This document shows, in pieces, positions 1-13,925 of a DNA stretch of 64,000 nt (positions within the stretch are counted from its first letter, which is position 1; each line of letters opens with the position of its first letter). The notes beneath the pieces are model-generated. The model was not told the DNA's origin and did not search any database. It worked only from the letters and a program-made list of their open reading frames with translations. A program made the position numbers and the translations under genes. Origin of the DNA: Phoronis australis (Eukaryota > Animalia > Phoronida); assembly GCA_002633005.1 (NCBI GenBank), contig NMRA01000016.1:923874-987873 (forward strand). Reading direction: 5' to 3'.

Positions 1-797
1 GAAGTGTACACAAAGTTTTGGAGCCCATCTGATTTTGATTCATTTGAATTCTTTTTAAGAGGCCGCTTGCGGCCGTGGCACCTCAATGTTTTCCTATTTT
101 TACGAAACCGTGCAACCCTTATGTTTGGGGAAAGATCATCCGTTGTTTGAATCAACCGTCCCTCTTTCACAGCATTTTAATGATGTAACATCTCACATTA
201 AGAGAACTCTTTTAGACAGGATCCTCTTTAGGCGGCCCGAGGCAATTGTCATTTAGCTCTTATAAATCCGGTACTGTCAGCTATTCCAGAGAGGAAGTAG
301 ATAAATTTTAAACTGGTCAAAAAAACGAGACATGTTCACGTGAAGCACAGCAACATCAAGACAAGCAGCCCAAGCAACCTTAAACAAAACAATTTAAAAA
401 ATAGCATTGACCGCTATCGAAAGACTTGAAGTTTGAACGAGTTGAAGACCACTATTACATGTAGTTATGGCGATAAAAATGCTCAAAGGTTTTACCAGAG
501 AATTCCACAAATAATATTATTTTTGAAGATAGCTGTAGGTAAATGTTGTAGAAGAGAAAATTGTTCCCTTGAGACTTGCACATGTAGATCAGATTGTCGG
601 AGAGGTAATTGTTGAGGCCTAGTACAGTGTGCATGGATAACGGGTTAAGATGATAAAGGAATCTTTATGTATACGTGTAATGGCAATCGTAATCGTACAT
701 GTATATTTTGGTCTAATCTCTACTCATAAACTGCAACAGGCTGCCACTCTATTGAATCAAAATTCACGTCAAAATATATCAGTCTGAAATTTTCTTA
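1..797. repeat. Diverged direct repeat, copy 1 (matches 61730-62478)
   Basis: Colinear shared blocks: ttttggagccc.tctgattt, gtgcaacc.ttatgtt, taggcggccc, cagcaacatcaagacaagc, aacaggctgccact. Confidence 0.8.
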
Positions 798-1745
798 TGG
801 GGACCCCAGGCCCCCAGCAAAGTGTCCCATTGTTTTGGCACCCTGGAGGCCAAAAGCACGCCCAAACGCGTAACTCACGTAACATGTGTCACGTTTTCCT
901 CGTAGATGGGTTGATACAGGTTATTACCGAAAGGTGCTGATAACTTTGGGTGCGACGATATACTGAAGACTGGTTCGGCAAGATAACCAGTTTATTGATC
1001 TCGACCGTATGTTTAGAATTTTTCTACTCCGAAAGCGTGCGGTGTATTGCCTATTCTATGCTCCAGCCAGTGCTGCGCAGTCTTCAGTTCCATGGGTCTC
1101 GTCAATGAAGCGCTATCTGCTACTAATCAAACAAAACAGTATAACAAAACTTTTTAAACTACAAGTAGTGTTAGTCTACTTCTGACAACTTATTCAGGTC
1201 TAAAAGTGACCCTTGCTCGTTAAACTTTGTTGAAATGTGGGTATACATGTAGCACTGAAGATTCTGGTGTCTGTCAGCAAACCCATGGCGGAGGAAACGA
1301 AACTGGTGACGACCACATGGACGAGGTGGCGTGGCGATTGGAAGGAACCTGAAATTCGGGCTCACGGGGGCAAAACTATGGCAAAGTCAAATTATTTTAT
1401 GTCCCTCTGAATATTTTACCTGGTTATGCGCCATTTAACGCATCATAACGAAGTCTATGTCACTGTCGACATGAGCCAAACGTGTGAGATGTGAGCGTGT
1501 TACACCTCATATAAGTTATTAAAATATAGGGAAATCAGTTAATAAATGAAGTAATCCTGTAATAAAAGACAAAAGACTGGAAAAAGGTGGAAATACATGC
1601 ACAGGGTAGCCAAATTTGCTGACGGTGGTGTGTTTTTCACGGGGGGGGGGCAAATAGGCCGTCCCGATGGCCTCGCTCTCAGTGACAAACTCCATCTTCG
1701 CCAATAAAGCTCTTTGCTAGTACACGCTGAATTGTGTTTTTACAG

Positions 1746-1886
1746 GTCTCAAACCTGGACGAAGCGGCTGCCTGCTTGAACCACACTACATCGAATGCGC
1801 TGACGTTAACTCTTTCTGCAACGGTTCCTTCTGTGCGTGTAAACCGGGGTACATCCTCAACAAAACAAGCGAAATATGCATAAAAC
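1746..1886 (+). CDS. Gene A internal exon 1 (6-Cys EGF/EB-like repeat)
   Basis: tttttacag acceptor, GTAAGT donor, 141 nt phase 1-1; LKPGRSGCLLEPHYIECADVNSFCNGSFCACKPGYILNKTSEICIK. Confidence 0.85.
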
Positions 1887-2448
1887 GTAAGTATTCCAAG
1901 CTGAGGAACATACATGTATTGTATAGCCTTCATGTAGTTAAGTTCCAACTCCATGATGTGCTGGTTAGAAAACCTATGTGAGTGTCTCAGTTTGGAGAAC
2001 ACAGCTGTGAATCGATGTTCACTACATAAAGACCATGAAGAAATTCTGTGTTTTTGACATCTCAGTAAACTGAGAGCATAGAACAGTTCATTAGGTCTCA
2101 CTTAATTTCCCGAATGTTTGAGGCTTTACTTCAGAAACAGCTAAAGCAATTAGCAGAGTTACGTTTTACTTCGTGTTTACACTAATTAGCGTATAACTAT
2201 GGGTACTCTAACGAGGTTAATATTGAAAAAAATTGTAATTAATTACCTTCCCAGCTGTATATTCTGCTGGGCCAACCACCGTTTATCAAGGTGAAAACTT
2301 GAAGTTACGATTACACTTCTGTATTGAAAATCATTGAAAGTAAACTGCGTCTAGCTATTACTAAGATGTAGTTCAGTAAATACTCACAGCCTACTGTAAA
2401 AACAACGTACATGTACTGATCTGTAAAACTGGCAGATGATTTTTACAG

Positions 2449-2586
2449 GGATAGCCGCTGGAGGGAGTTGTCGGCATGTCCCTGACGGCTGCCAGTTTCC
2501 TGCAGGGTGTAATAACGTGACTCACCAGTGCGACTGTCCAAATGCCACAACCATTCTTGTTAAAGATGGTAAAAGCGCCAGTTGCC
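2449..2586 (+). CDS. Gene A exon 2 (6-Cys repeat)
   Basis: ttttacag / GTAAGT, 138 nt phase 1-1; IAAGGSCRHVPDGCQFPAGCNNVTHQCDCPNATTILVKDGKSASC. Confidence 0.85.
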
Positions 2587-5564
2587 GTAAGTGCGCTCTT
2601 TTACATGTTATTTTATTATCGTGAAAACGCTCCTCATGTACTGCAAGGGTTGCATTTTCGGTCAGTCTCGAGTGAGATCTTACTGCTGTTGTAACCACAA
2701 CCTTTTGATGCCAAACTTCACAATGAGCACTTTCTAGTTTTGAAATTATTCGTACTGTATATGTACCCAATGTGATATTTTGGCGTTTCCCTTTTTTCTC
2801 GGTATTTGTGAAGCCTCCACTACTATTTAGTCTCACAAGAGCTACTACATGCAGTTAAACGATCTGTAGTAGACCTATCGCTGTTCAAACTGCAAACAAT
2901 AATTGCAGGTGGCATAGCTGCTTGTATGAAAACAAAGTCGCATTTTTCTATCGTTTATGCAAATCGCTAACTAAATCACAGCATTGTTGGAGAACCCATC
3001 TGGCCATCGACAACGGATGTCGTTGGTCGATACAAACAGCAGTATTGCTAGTAGTGTTGTCTGACTCATAGAACTCTAGCCCTGGAATGCCAACTGCGAT
3101 CTCGCAGCATCTGAGGTTGCGCCGAGCATGCGTGAAAGTTTCTTGCATTCGTTTGTTCCGGTGTGTGCACTTGCTAAGGAATTTACTGTCATTAAAACTT
3201 TTCGCAACTCCGCCTTTTCCAACCGAATTGCATAACATCTATATCAATAGAAAGCCCGTTGACAGTTCTTGATGATTATACATGTATCAGAAGCAAAAGA
3301 AAAATAATTTAATTCATAAATAATTATCATTTCGCATACCCGACTGGTTTAAAAATATTTTTTTTTATTCTAAAACCAAGGGTGTAACCAAAATGCGAAT
3401 TATAATAGCGTGTAATAGTAACATAAAAAGGAAATGAACCAGAGATGTTATATAATTGACTACTTCGGACATTAGGGAAATAATTTTAATGACAAAGATC
3501 TTAGAATGTGCATCCCTTACACTGGCTGTGGATAATTTAGTGAGGCATTCATCTAAAGTTATACATCTATATGCATTATAATTAATTGGACCTTTGGTGC
3601 CGTTTGATGCAATTATTCAGTAAAAAATCAGAATCCAATGACATTTATGAAAAATGCAATAAACTACACCAAGTATCTATCCCAAATTTGCAGGTAAAGG
3701 TTTTCTGGTAGATAAAAATGGGCAAATATTTGTCTGGCAACTTTGAATTGTACTTGGGATAGCTCATCACATTGCTTGTAGTGTAGCACTTGCCATCAAA
3801 GTTTAGAAGTAGGCTATTTTTTCAGAAAGGAAAAGTTAGAGATCTTTATACAAAATTGTATGTTACCGTTAAAAGAAACATTGGAACATAAACTGACCTG
3901 TATTGGGTGTTATCACATTGAACACCAGTGTGTCTATCGTTTTCATTACGATTGTTTACCACAATCTCAGTAATGTGATCATTATACTGTAACCACCTTC
4001 AGCACCAGTGCCACTATCGTGGTAGTATCGCAGGCCCTGTGGCAGATCGTCACGGCGGTCACCTAAATGCCTTGTAGTATCTCTGTAACTTGATTTTGAT
4101 TAATCACCAGTTGAATGCAAGACTGGTGCGCTTCCACACGTAAGCCACCATGTCAGACAAAAACCACCGCAACATCCTGGCCATGCCTTCTGACGGAAAG
4201 ATCCCCAAACCAATTACAAAGACTGAGCGTTAACCATAGCTCTTCGAGAAACATGTGAAACATTTAAAGGGAATTTGTACATTTTTCTTCCCGTATAAAC
4301 GCGGGTCTGGTAATTACAACTGCACTCTTCGCTTTAATTTGGTACCACTTACGGAACCCTGAGAGCTGCTCTTTGGGATCAGATGAAATGAATTATCTAT
4401 AGGATATAGCAGTGTACATTTGTATATGTGTTGGAGAGCCCACATATTAGTTACATTACGCGTTTCCATTCCCTCCATGCTCTATTATAGCACTTCAGGT
4501 GGTAAACTTGGCTAAAAAATAAGACGTGCATCATTATGTGACAATTTAAGAATTGTTCAGTTCTGACAAGTTAAAAAGATCTCGGAGGTTAAAAGGACAA
4601 CGGATAGTTAACCAGACGTTAATTCATAACAAACACTATCAAAAAACGTTCCAGCATGCTACATGGGTAGAAATTATGACGATATCCTTAAAACATAACG
4701 CGGTACCAACATTTGGCGTCTTTGATGAAGCCTGTGGATTAGTTGATACCTTGTCAGCAGCTCGATTCCATTGTCTTAAGACGTCTGCCTTTTTCGAGAC
4801 GCCTTTCAACAATTTATGCCACTAGTCAGTCTAGCTTAGTCACCAAAATCACATCGTTGAGGGTACATACATGTACATGCACCTTTGAAGAATTTCAGTC
4901 TCAACCCTCCCACTTCAACGAAATAGACACGTCCAGCGTAGCACCCCTTAAGCAATTTCAAGCCTTCACTGGTGAGCTCTTTAGCTATTAAAACAAATAA
5001 ACCATTAAATGATTTTTTCAGGTGTGTGAGTGCACAATAAAAATTCTCGTTATCGATTTTAAATTGTTAGCAACGAATAAAGCAGAATTCGTTAAAAGTC
5101 GTACAAATTTAACAGTCTAGAATATTTTTCTCCGTATTAGCTTAAAAAGGGGAGTCTGGATTCAACCATGGAAGAGTTCTAGATCGCAAAAATTCCTGCC
5201 ATTAATGAAGACCCAATCACAATTCTCTGGAAAGTTCGAGCGGTCCACGTTCATTCGATACAATAGTCGACAATTTCTATACGACGTTATAATGTAAACA
5301 TGCATATTAGATGTAGCAATACACTTGATAACGTCACGGAAATAGACAAACTTCGTATCGAATGGGAATGGAATGTTCAGACTGGATATAGGGAATTTGG
5401 TGGATTTTCATGTTTCGTGAGGCATATTCACCTGTGTGTACCTTACTATTATTACTTAAAAGCTACGTGACGATTTTGGCTCCAGAAGGTCTTTAGCTTT
5501 CAGCTACATGTATACTGTAGAACTACTATTTCTTTAGACTATGGAACTGCATGGCCAATTTCAG

Positions 5565-5696
5565 GTTTTCGCCTCCGTGCCAGAGGGTGTTCAAGGAGTA
5601 ATATTAAAGAGCCGTGTGTTTCAACGACGGTTTGTCGCAATGACACCTGTGTTTGTCCAATAGGATACTTAGAGGGCGTCAAGGAATGCACGAAAA
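5565..5696 (+). CDS. Gene A exon 3 (6-Cys repeat)
   Basis: tttcag (alternative in-frame tttag acceptor would start the exon at 5538) / GTAAGA; FRLRARGCSRSNIKEPCVSTTVCRNDTCVCPIGYLEGVKECTK. Confidence 0.8.
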
Positions 5697-6139
5697 GTAA
5701 GACTTAGAATCCACTTTTTAGACGAAGCCAGGCTCATTCTATACAATTCGTGATTTTCCGTTCGATGTTATAACGAACTTATATAAGATATTACGTGTAA
5801 GCGATAACGTCATACGGAAATGGACTATTTTAGTATCGAGCAAGCTTTCTCGAAGTTGATGGTGGAAGAATTTTTGTGATGTACTGTTGCATGGAACATT
5901 GTGAAAAAGAATCGGATTATATGCATTCAAAGCCGGGCATATTCAGATCCATTGGGCATACTGTAATTTACGAACAGATTCAACCAATCACGCTATAATT
6001 GTATCAGTGACACTATTTGCAACTGTTACAAGCAACTTTTCGAATTCATCAATTAAAAAATTGGAAAGAGTGTCTGTTCCACAATTCTTGGTTAAAATTT
6101 GATTGAAATTTCAGATGTCGTTTTCTCGGATCTTTGCAG

Positions 6140-6274
6140 AATCGTCGTGGCGTAACTGCTCCACTGAAGGCAAAGACGAGTTCTGCTCAGCGGTATTCCC
6201 GGGAAGCAAATGCCAGGAAGGGAACTGCGCCTGTCCCAACGGGTTTTATAATTCGTCTGAAATTTGTGAACAAG
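6140..6274 (+). CDS. Gene A exon 4 (6-Cys repeat)
   Basis: tctttgcag / GTAGGA, 135 nt phase 1-1; SSWRNCSTEGKDEFCSAVFPGSKCQEGNCACPNGFYNSSEICEQ. Confidence 0.85.
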
Positions 6275-7011
6275 GTAGGAGACAGCATTTCCGATCATTT
6301 GTACGTCAGGGGTTGTTGTCGATAAAAGAACACTTATCTACTCTGACTTCAGATCTTGGTAGGACACGTCACACAGTTATTAGTTAGATTGTTGTAATTT
6401 GATATGAAGTCGTTGCTACAATGAATAAGAGTCGACGTGTCGTCCCTGCTGACTTAAACGTTTTCTTGTTTTGCTTTAATCTCTAAATGAAAGGTTTGGT
6501 TGACCGTTAATGGGGCAGAGCTACCGGTTATTTACGAGCGCAACATGATTATCTTGTAGTCCTTGGTCATACTTTGTATCCATGGATATTCAGGCGGTGC
6601 GCTCGGACAATGTTTGGTATTACGCATTTTATGCTTTCTTTCTGACAGTTTTGTCTACATTCAAGGCTGCTGTCAAAAACTCAAATTTTAGGCGAAATGA
6701 CATTTTATACGTCCTTGTTGTAATTCAATTTTTTCCGTGGACAACTTGCATTTGAGCCTCAATCTATTGTCATCATCGAATCCCTGTAGGGTAATACATC
6801 AATTTAATTACCCTTCGAAACACCCTCTACCACGCCAAATATTTGCATCACATTCTAGCAATTTTCTAAAAGTTGCATGTTTTAAGACATTATTACGGAG
6901 CAGAATTTCGGCCAAAGCCAGCAAGTCAGTTTGCCTGCGAGGAGTTTTAAGGACGTTTTAATTAATTTGTATTCGGACTGTGAGATGTTGTATCGTCTTC
7001 TTGAACTGCAG

Positions 7012-7149
7012 TAACTCTCAACACCACCTGCTTCAATGGTACCTTAGTGTGCAACGATGGTGTTCGTCACAGTCAATGCATTAACGGAAAGTGTTCATGT
7101 CCAGAGGCCAGGTATCCTTGGAAGTCAAGAGACAGAAATTGGGAGTGCA
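7012..7149 (+). CDS. Gene A exon 5 (6-Cys repeat)
   Basis: ctgcag / GTAAGT, 138 nt phase 1-1; TLNTTCFNGTLVCNDGVRHSQCINGKCSCPEARYPWKSRDRNWEC (not in ORF track). Confidence 0.85.
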
Positions 7150-7340
7150 GTAAGTTGAGAGAAATATGTGTAATGAGGTAACTATTGCTGCTTGAATGGT
7201 AGTCATGGCTGGAAAACACATAAATGAAGATTGTCCGTAATTAATAAATGTAATACGATGTCGTAATTGTTTGCTAAGCAAAGTATCCATGTGTTCATAT
7301 AAAGAATTGCTCAGACGAAACGTTCTATTGTTTAATTCAG

Positions 7341-7499
7341 GATCAAGGTATGGTGTAGGAACTCCTTGTGGTGATAGTGGCGTTCCAGAGAAAATAGAGT
7401 GTTCACTAGTGCCTAACTTGAGGTGCAAGGATGGTGTTTGCAGGTGTCAAGAAGACTTTGCAACATCCTGGAATGTATCGTTAGGAAAGACTGTTTGTG
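7341..7499 (+). CDS. Gene A exon 6 (repeat type A, copy 1)
   Basis: ttcag / GTGAGT, 159 nt; SRYGVGTPCGDSGVPEKIECSLVPNLRCKDGVCRCQEDFATSWNVSLGKTVC. Confidence 0.88.
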
Positions 7500-10400
7500 G
7501 TGAGTGAACTGACAATCACAATCAGGATCAAGATAGTTATCAGCGATTTCATTGTTGCCTTGTGCTTTCGTTATTACTTTTTAATTGTTATTTATTTTGG
7601 GGTCTTTAATTATCAAGCAGCCAAGGAAGTGAAACAACACTTTTCGCACATTTTACGTTTCTCGGTCTCTGTCGATGCAACCAACCCCTTATTGTCGTTA
7701 ACTCAGTTTAACATTCATCCGGTTGCCACCTCCCCCGGTTGTTGCCGACTTTGCAGCACCAGCCTCAACTAAGCATCGAGGTTTTGCTCTTGAAACAACT
7801 GAAACCTATTGACCCAATATTTCCTACAGTCCTCTGTATGAGACGAGGAATGTGAAAATCACTGTTCCAGATCCTCTTTTTAAATGGGAACTGTACCAAA
7901 TGGTTTTAATTACATTAACTGAACAGAGTATTGTTATAAAACCATAAATATGCGAAAAGTCGGCGCAAACGAATTCAATAGGGCCGTCCCGGATTACACA
8001 GCGATATTCCAATATCGCTGTATTTACCCACAATCTCCTTAACATCCGTTAGTCACATTTGCTGTCTCCTTTCCGTGCCATTGGAGCTACATATGTTGTT
8101 GTCTGGTTCTTTACAAGTTTTTCGTGGTTGCATTTACTCTATTCGTCCTTCCAATGCCAACGAGGTATTACTGCTGTGCAACTCCCTACGTGAGAAAGTT
8201 TGTTGATGAATTGGTCAAATACCTGTGGATGCATGATGTGAAGTTCTTCGCCTTCCCGACACGAAAATGTGCCTGATTTCCAAAACGAGGTCACTCGCTT
8301 TCTTATCTCAGGGACAAAGGAGAGTTCTATCACGCTGTATTCAATTTAGCCTTTCCACGCTTGGCTCATATTCGCGTCGAACTTTCGTGCGATCCCACTT
8401 AGTATATCCTTTTAACCCGCTTTGTCAATTTTAACCAAATGTATTAGTTTTCACCAATTAAATCCTGCATAACCTATTATATCAAAATAGATGCAACCAG
8501 ATTTTTTCTTTTCACACCTACAGTAGTCTTCCATGGTCAGCTCAGGTCTTCCAGCGTACAAACTATACCTCTGCACATTTTGCCCTTCCCCCGGATCACT
8601 AATACGTCTTCTACATGTACTGTACATGTTTTTGTTTGTTGCACATTATTCGCAGCCAGGGACGCCATATCTCTTCTCCATTGTTCGAGCTGCTGGACTG
8701 TTCGTAATTTACTTGACATTTTTCCGTCACTGTTCTATTTTTAGTTAATTATTTGAAGACCGTAAAAACAAATAAAATCGTGACCGTTAATCAAACTTTA
8801 ATATTATATCAAAAATTAATTGGACTTCATCAGTATTGGTGTTTACGAGACCCTTGGCATACGAGGGCAACTGCAGTGTGAGTAATAGTCACATATTCAT
8901 ATTAAATTTGCTTTTGGTTTTGTTTTAAGACTGAAAGTACTGTGCAATGATTAAAACGAATGATTGAAAGTTGTGGGGAATGTGTTTACGACTAGAGATC
9001 GTTTTTCACAGTTGGTTTATGCGTAGAAATTTTATAGAATAGCGTTTGCGGGCAAGAAATAATGTGCTAAGTAATTATTTTGATTTCCAAAAAAGACATT
9101 TGTGTACACGTACACTGTATGTTGGCAGCAAAGGCAAGTACTGTTCAACTACACGCAGGCTTCGTCGATTCTGCCTTCTTCACTGTCCTCTCCTATGCAC
9201 GGAAATTGGTGCGACGTCAGTCTGAACTAGATGGCGCTTTTTTATTCACATGTTGTATCTCATTACAAATCTGTCAGATTTACTACATCCATAACATAGG
9301 ATCTTACAACCATGTGGCATAATAAAGTCATTCAAAATTCTATGAAGGGCACTTTCGTCTTGGTGATAATTTGCGATGACTGAAATTGATTGCCACGGTA
9401 GGGCTACAGTGTACATGTGTTTTTAACATCGTGGTTTCTCCCCAGGCGTCTTCATAGAGCTTACAAATTCGTTGAATTTACGCACTTCATCATAAAAAAC
9501 TGAATCATCACGGAGTGAAAATTATTAGAGCCGAGATTGTTGAGAATTCGTGTCAAATATGTTGAAAGAGCTGTTGTGGAAAGCATTGATAATTAAAGTT
9601 GAGAGCCCAAGTCTGAGCCACACTGACATGGGACAGGAACGCATCTTCAAATTTTGCATTCCAGTCCCTTACGTTCTTTCTTAGTCTCTTGTGCCACTAT
9701 TTTGCAGTGTCCAATATTGGTCTCTGCATGTTTTTTATCATTTTTGCGCCCATATTTTTATTTTCATTTACCAATTGTATCAGATTTACCCCTCTGCCCA
9801 TGCCAGATATGTTTGATAGAAAATTCAGGGATAAATGGAAATTGTGTGTTCACATGTTTATATCCTCTTCCTTTTTGCAATCACATTGGAATCGAATGCG
9901 AATATGACGACAGTCTTTTGATTGCAATACAGAGTCCGGCGTCCGACATTACACGTAGGACGCGCGGGTCACGGGCATTCAACATTTTGGACATTGCTCT
10001 CCACGATAACAACAAAGAGAGTGCTTTGGCGGGACTGCGACAGGAATATTACTTACATGTAGGATATCCCCTTAGTTAGACAATGGAATGAAAAAAGATA
10101 CCTCCATGGATTTTCCATTATGAAATTACCCATTTCGAGGACTTTGTTCCAGAAATACCTACTTTTATAGGGATTATGAATAAACCGTTTCGGAGGGATT
10201 CTTGGACAGCTGAATTTTGACCCATTAAGCCTAAACAGTACATGGAGACATTTAAACAATGAGCACTACATTTGCAAAAAAGTTTAAAAGCTGTGCACAT
10301 TTTGCTACCTGGAAAAGGGAATCTCGTAGTTTTCGAACTCCCAAAGTCCACTTTTCATGCGCGCACCCAGGGGCGGGGGGCTCGGGGACTCGAACGAGCT

Positions 10401-10932
10401 CCTCCCCCAATATGGCAAAGTGGGCAAAAACGTCCGCCTCAGAGGATCAAAAATGCAGACAAAGAGGTAAACGTCCACTAAAAAGGCAGGAACTACCAAA
10501 CTTCGGCTAATGCACAATTCATAGCTGTGAACGTACATGTACCCAGTGAATCATAGTGAAAGGTTCGCAATTTCATATATTCGAGCCTCCCATTGTTGGG
10601 GCTGGTTGCGCGCATGCTTTTATAGGAACTTTTTTGATTAGAAGATGTTATCAGCCTTTCGTAGTGAAAGTGGTCGTGCAAAAGTCCTCTACAGATCCCA
10701 ATGTTAACACTTAGCCAATTGTATATCATTTGAAAGTTTCCCAATTCATTTTGATAAGATTTCGTAAGAGTCGTAAACAGCTTGTTTCCAGTCTTTTGCA
10801 TTTAAGTTGTGGACCAATACCTCAAACTTTCAATGTAGCCACACATATTTCATTCAGTCTACTTGTTCAGACTACACAGCCATGTCAGTGATATGTGAGA
10901 CCTGACTATAGTTCAATATTCATTCCATTTAG

Positions 10933-11073
10933 AGGCAAAATCTGATCTGAACGGAACCTGCACTGATAGCCGGTTTTGCAAGAATGTTACGTCAATGCGA
11001 TGCTTAAAGGATGGTGAGAGTACCGGAACATGTGTTTGCAGAGAAGCCTACTTTCATCACAATGGATATTGCA
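10933..11073 (+). CDS. Gene A exon 7 (repeat type B, copy 1)
   Basis: catttag / GTAAGT, 141 nt; AKSDLNGTCTDSRFCKNVTSMRCLKDGESTGTCVCREAYFHHNGYC. Confidence 0.88.
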
Positions 11074-11237
11074 GTAAGTTAAAGTAATGTGTCCAGAAAA
11101 CATTACAATGTTAGAGGTCATTACCATCCAGAAGTAAGTCTTTTAATTTGTTACTTAAATTTTTATACTGTGCTACATGTACATGTAGTTACATTACAAG
11201 TCGCATTATTCATAAATATCTGAAACTGGAATTTCAG

Positions 11238-11396
11238 AACCAAGATACGATGTAGATGAACCATGTGGCCAGGAAAATGTTTCTGGGGAAATGGAATGCT
11301 CGCTAGTCCCGAATTTAGTTTGCCTGAATGGAATTTGTACGTGTAACGGCGATTATGTTCGCGCATGGAACAACACACTGAGAAAAAACGTTTGCT
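11238..11396 (+). CDS. Gene A exon 8 (repeat type A, copy 2)
   Basis: tttcag / GTGAGT, 159 nt; PRYDVDEPCGQENVSGEMECSLVPNLVCLNGICTCNGDYVRAWNNTLRKNVC. Confidence 0.88.
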
Positions 11397-11772
11397 GTGA
11401 GTATAGATACATGTACGTTACGCAGTTTTCAGTTTATGACGTCATATAACATTCATCCAATCAACACTCTTGTGCACAAAAAGAACAACTTTGAGAATAC
11501 TCATGGCCTATTTTCGTATTTTATTGAATAAAATCAAAGAAAATAATTTTTATGCAAATGTTATCTCCAGTTACAGTATTCAACTTCGAAGCATTGGTAT
11601 ACCAGCACTGAAATGAATTTCATAAATTCAGATTTCTATATACATTATAGTTCATACTACATCTTTCTAAAAACGAAAACAGTTGGATAACACGAATATC
11701 GACATGAGTAAGTGCATACCTTTCTTTCGCCTTCATAGTTAAACTATAATGGCCGCAAGTATATCGTTTTAG

Positions 11773-11916
11773 TGGCAAAGACTGGTCTGGGAGAGGCTTG
11801 TATAAGCAGTCGATACTGCATCAATGCAGAGGCAATGGAATGCGTGCAGTTTAATGGCAGTGGAATAACAACGTGTGAGTGCAAAGCGGATTACTTCAGG
11901 AATAAGAGGTCATGTA
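11773..11916 (+). CDS. Gene A exon 9 (repeat type B, copy 2)
   Basis: ttttag / GTAAGT, 144 nt; AKTGLGEACISSRYCINAEAMECVQFNGSGITTCECKADYFRNKRSC. Confidence 0.88.
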
Positions 11917-13300
11917 GTAAGTAAAAATGTCAATTTCACAAAATTTTATCGCCATTTGTTCATTCCCTACAACACGTGAAGAACAGAAGGCTCTCCCTTC
12001 AGTCTTTTGGGGAGCATTTCAGTTTCTCCTTAATTCGGGATGACTTTAATGTTCGGAACACATTGGCCTGTTTTGGAGTATGTCATGGCTACTGCCAGAG
12101 CGTCAGAGGCTATTTCTTTCATCATCATGACCTCTAACACTACATTCAAGTAAACAAAGTCAAACACAAAAGTATGCAAAGAACGAAGCCATGTCGATTG
12201 TGTTGTCTTTTACAAGGTTCCTTGGGTTTATAGTCAAGTACGTGCATCGTTACTATACCACCTAACGAAAAAGCTTTACTTCTTGACTAAGTAACCACGT
12301 GGCTTTAACATTGTCTAATTGTAGTGCTGTTGGGGTATATCAGTTTGTTTAATTGTTTCAGAACAATACTTTGGAGAGAGCTGCTGATTTTCTTCGAATC
12401 CAATAATCGCAATACCTGCCACGTGATTCAGTCGTACCTGCATGAGGCCAATGAATTCGTGCAGGGGGCGAATAGAATCATTAAAAGTCCATTTGCTTGT
12501 TTTAGTTACTTATGCAATTGTTATAAGCGTTATTTATGTTATTTTTTCAAAAGAAAAATCATCAGCTTTGTTATGTACGGTAGTCATGTGCACAGTACCA
12601 GGGTTACCAGAGTTACGATTCACTCTGACTGAACGTTGTATTTATGGAGTAATGCATAACTACAGTGTATATAGCACATAACATTCAAACACATCATCTG
12701 CAGACATTAACAAAAATGTTACGAAAATTGTACTATTGAACTGAGTCACGGCCATACGGTCAACAATGCAACTTATGGTCTATATCGATTCCGATTCTTT
12801 GTACACAGCAGAACACGAGAAAGCCTTACTGAAATTTACTTCAGATGGTAACCTTTTAGTTTTAGTGCGTAAAAGGTTTGTCTCTTGTTGCCGTTTTGTC
12901 ATTAGGGCATCGTTTTTCGGTTGCCTCAACATACAATGTAGAGATGTTGAGAATCGGGTTGGTACAATATTGGTAGCCGGTACAATATGGGTAGCTGGAA
13001 CCCAACCGGCAACTCTACGCTTCTACGCTGACGTCTAAGCCAAAAGCCTCACAATACTAATGCCAATTTCATCGTTCTATTTTTTCCATTGTTTAAACCC
13101 CATGTTTGTCCTAGAATGGCGCTTCCACATTTACAGCGCTTGTTCTTTGTTCAGATCAAGTTGAAGCCGGGTTGTGGGCCGTGGGGGTCGTAGGTCGAGC
13201 AGGTCGTGGGCCGTGGGAGTGGAGGGGATTTTAGAACATTCCAAGAATTTCTTCATTTTCACCGGAGTACCTTATGAATGGAAAATTGTCTTTGTTTCAG

Positions 13301-13459
13301 AACCAAAGCAACCGTTTGGAGCCTCGTGTGGACAAAGTGATATCCATGGAGATAAGGAATGCTCGTTAGTTCCACATCTTGTTTGCAAGGATGAAATTTG
13401 CAAGTGTGACATCGACTATGTTGACGTCTGGGACAGCATTCGTGGTACACGAATATGCG
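13301..13459 (+). CDS. Gene A exon 10 (repeat type A, copy 3)
   Basis: tttgtttcag / GTAAGT, 159 nt; PKQPFGASCGQSDIHGDKECSLVPHLVCKDEICKCDIDYVDVWDSIRGTRIC. Confidence 0.88.
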
Positions 13460-13717
13460 GTAAGTTCCGCCTATTTGCGATATCATAAATGTATGATGTG
13501 TATAATTTCAGATATTTATTAAACGTTGGATGATTTCGACTGAAGCGAATGTATACCTGTATAAAGTGACCAAACGTCAAAAGGAACTTCAAGTGTGAAG
13601 TCCAATCAGTGCAAATTTATTACATCTATGAATATTAATGACATGACACAGCAAATTAAATGAAAATGATGTCATATTAATGTAATTTGCTTTCGTTGAT
13701 TATTCTATACTTTCTAG

Positions 13718-13861
13718 TTGCATTGTTGGGTCTTGGTGCAAACTGCTCTGACAGACGATTTTGCAAGAACTTCGACTCTGTGATTTGCAATAAAACTAAC
13801 AATGCTGACGTTGGGACGTGCCAATGTAGTCAGGCCTTCTTTGAGCAAAATGGTATTTGTG
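13718..13861 (+). CDS. Gene A exon 11 (repeat type B, copy 3)
   Basis: tttctag / GTAAGT, 144 nt; ALLGLGANCSDRRFCKNFDSVICNKTNNADVGTCQCSQAFFEQNGIC. Confidence 0.88.
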
Positions 13862-13925
13862 GTAAGTTTGTTTACTTAAGGGAATGTTGGGATGGTAGGC
13901 AGTAGTTGGAGACCAATACAATCCT

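Noticed and set aside
906-1006. AG...GTATGT-bounded segment near the window start
   Set aside because: Stops in all three frames.
9654-10079. Cys-rich 141-aa ORF in a gene A intron
   Set aside because: Cysteines lack the C..C..C..CxC..C spacing and no matching phase-1 donor is evident; likely chance.
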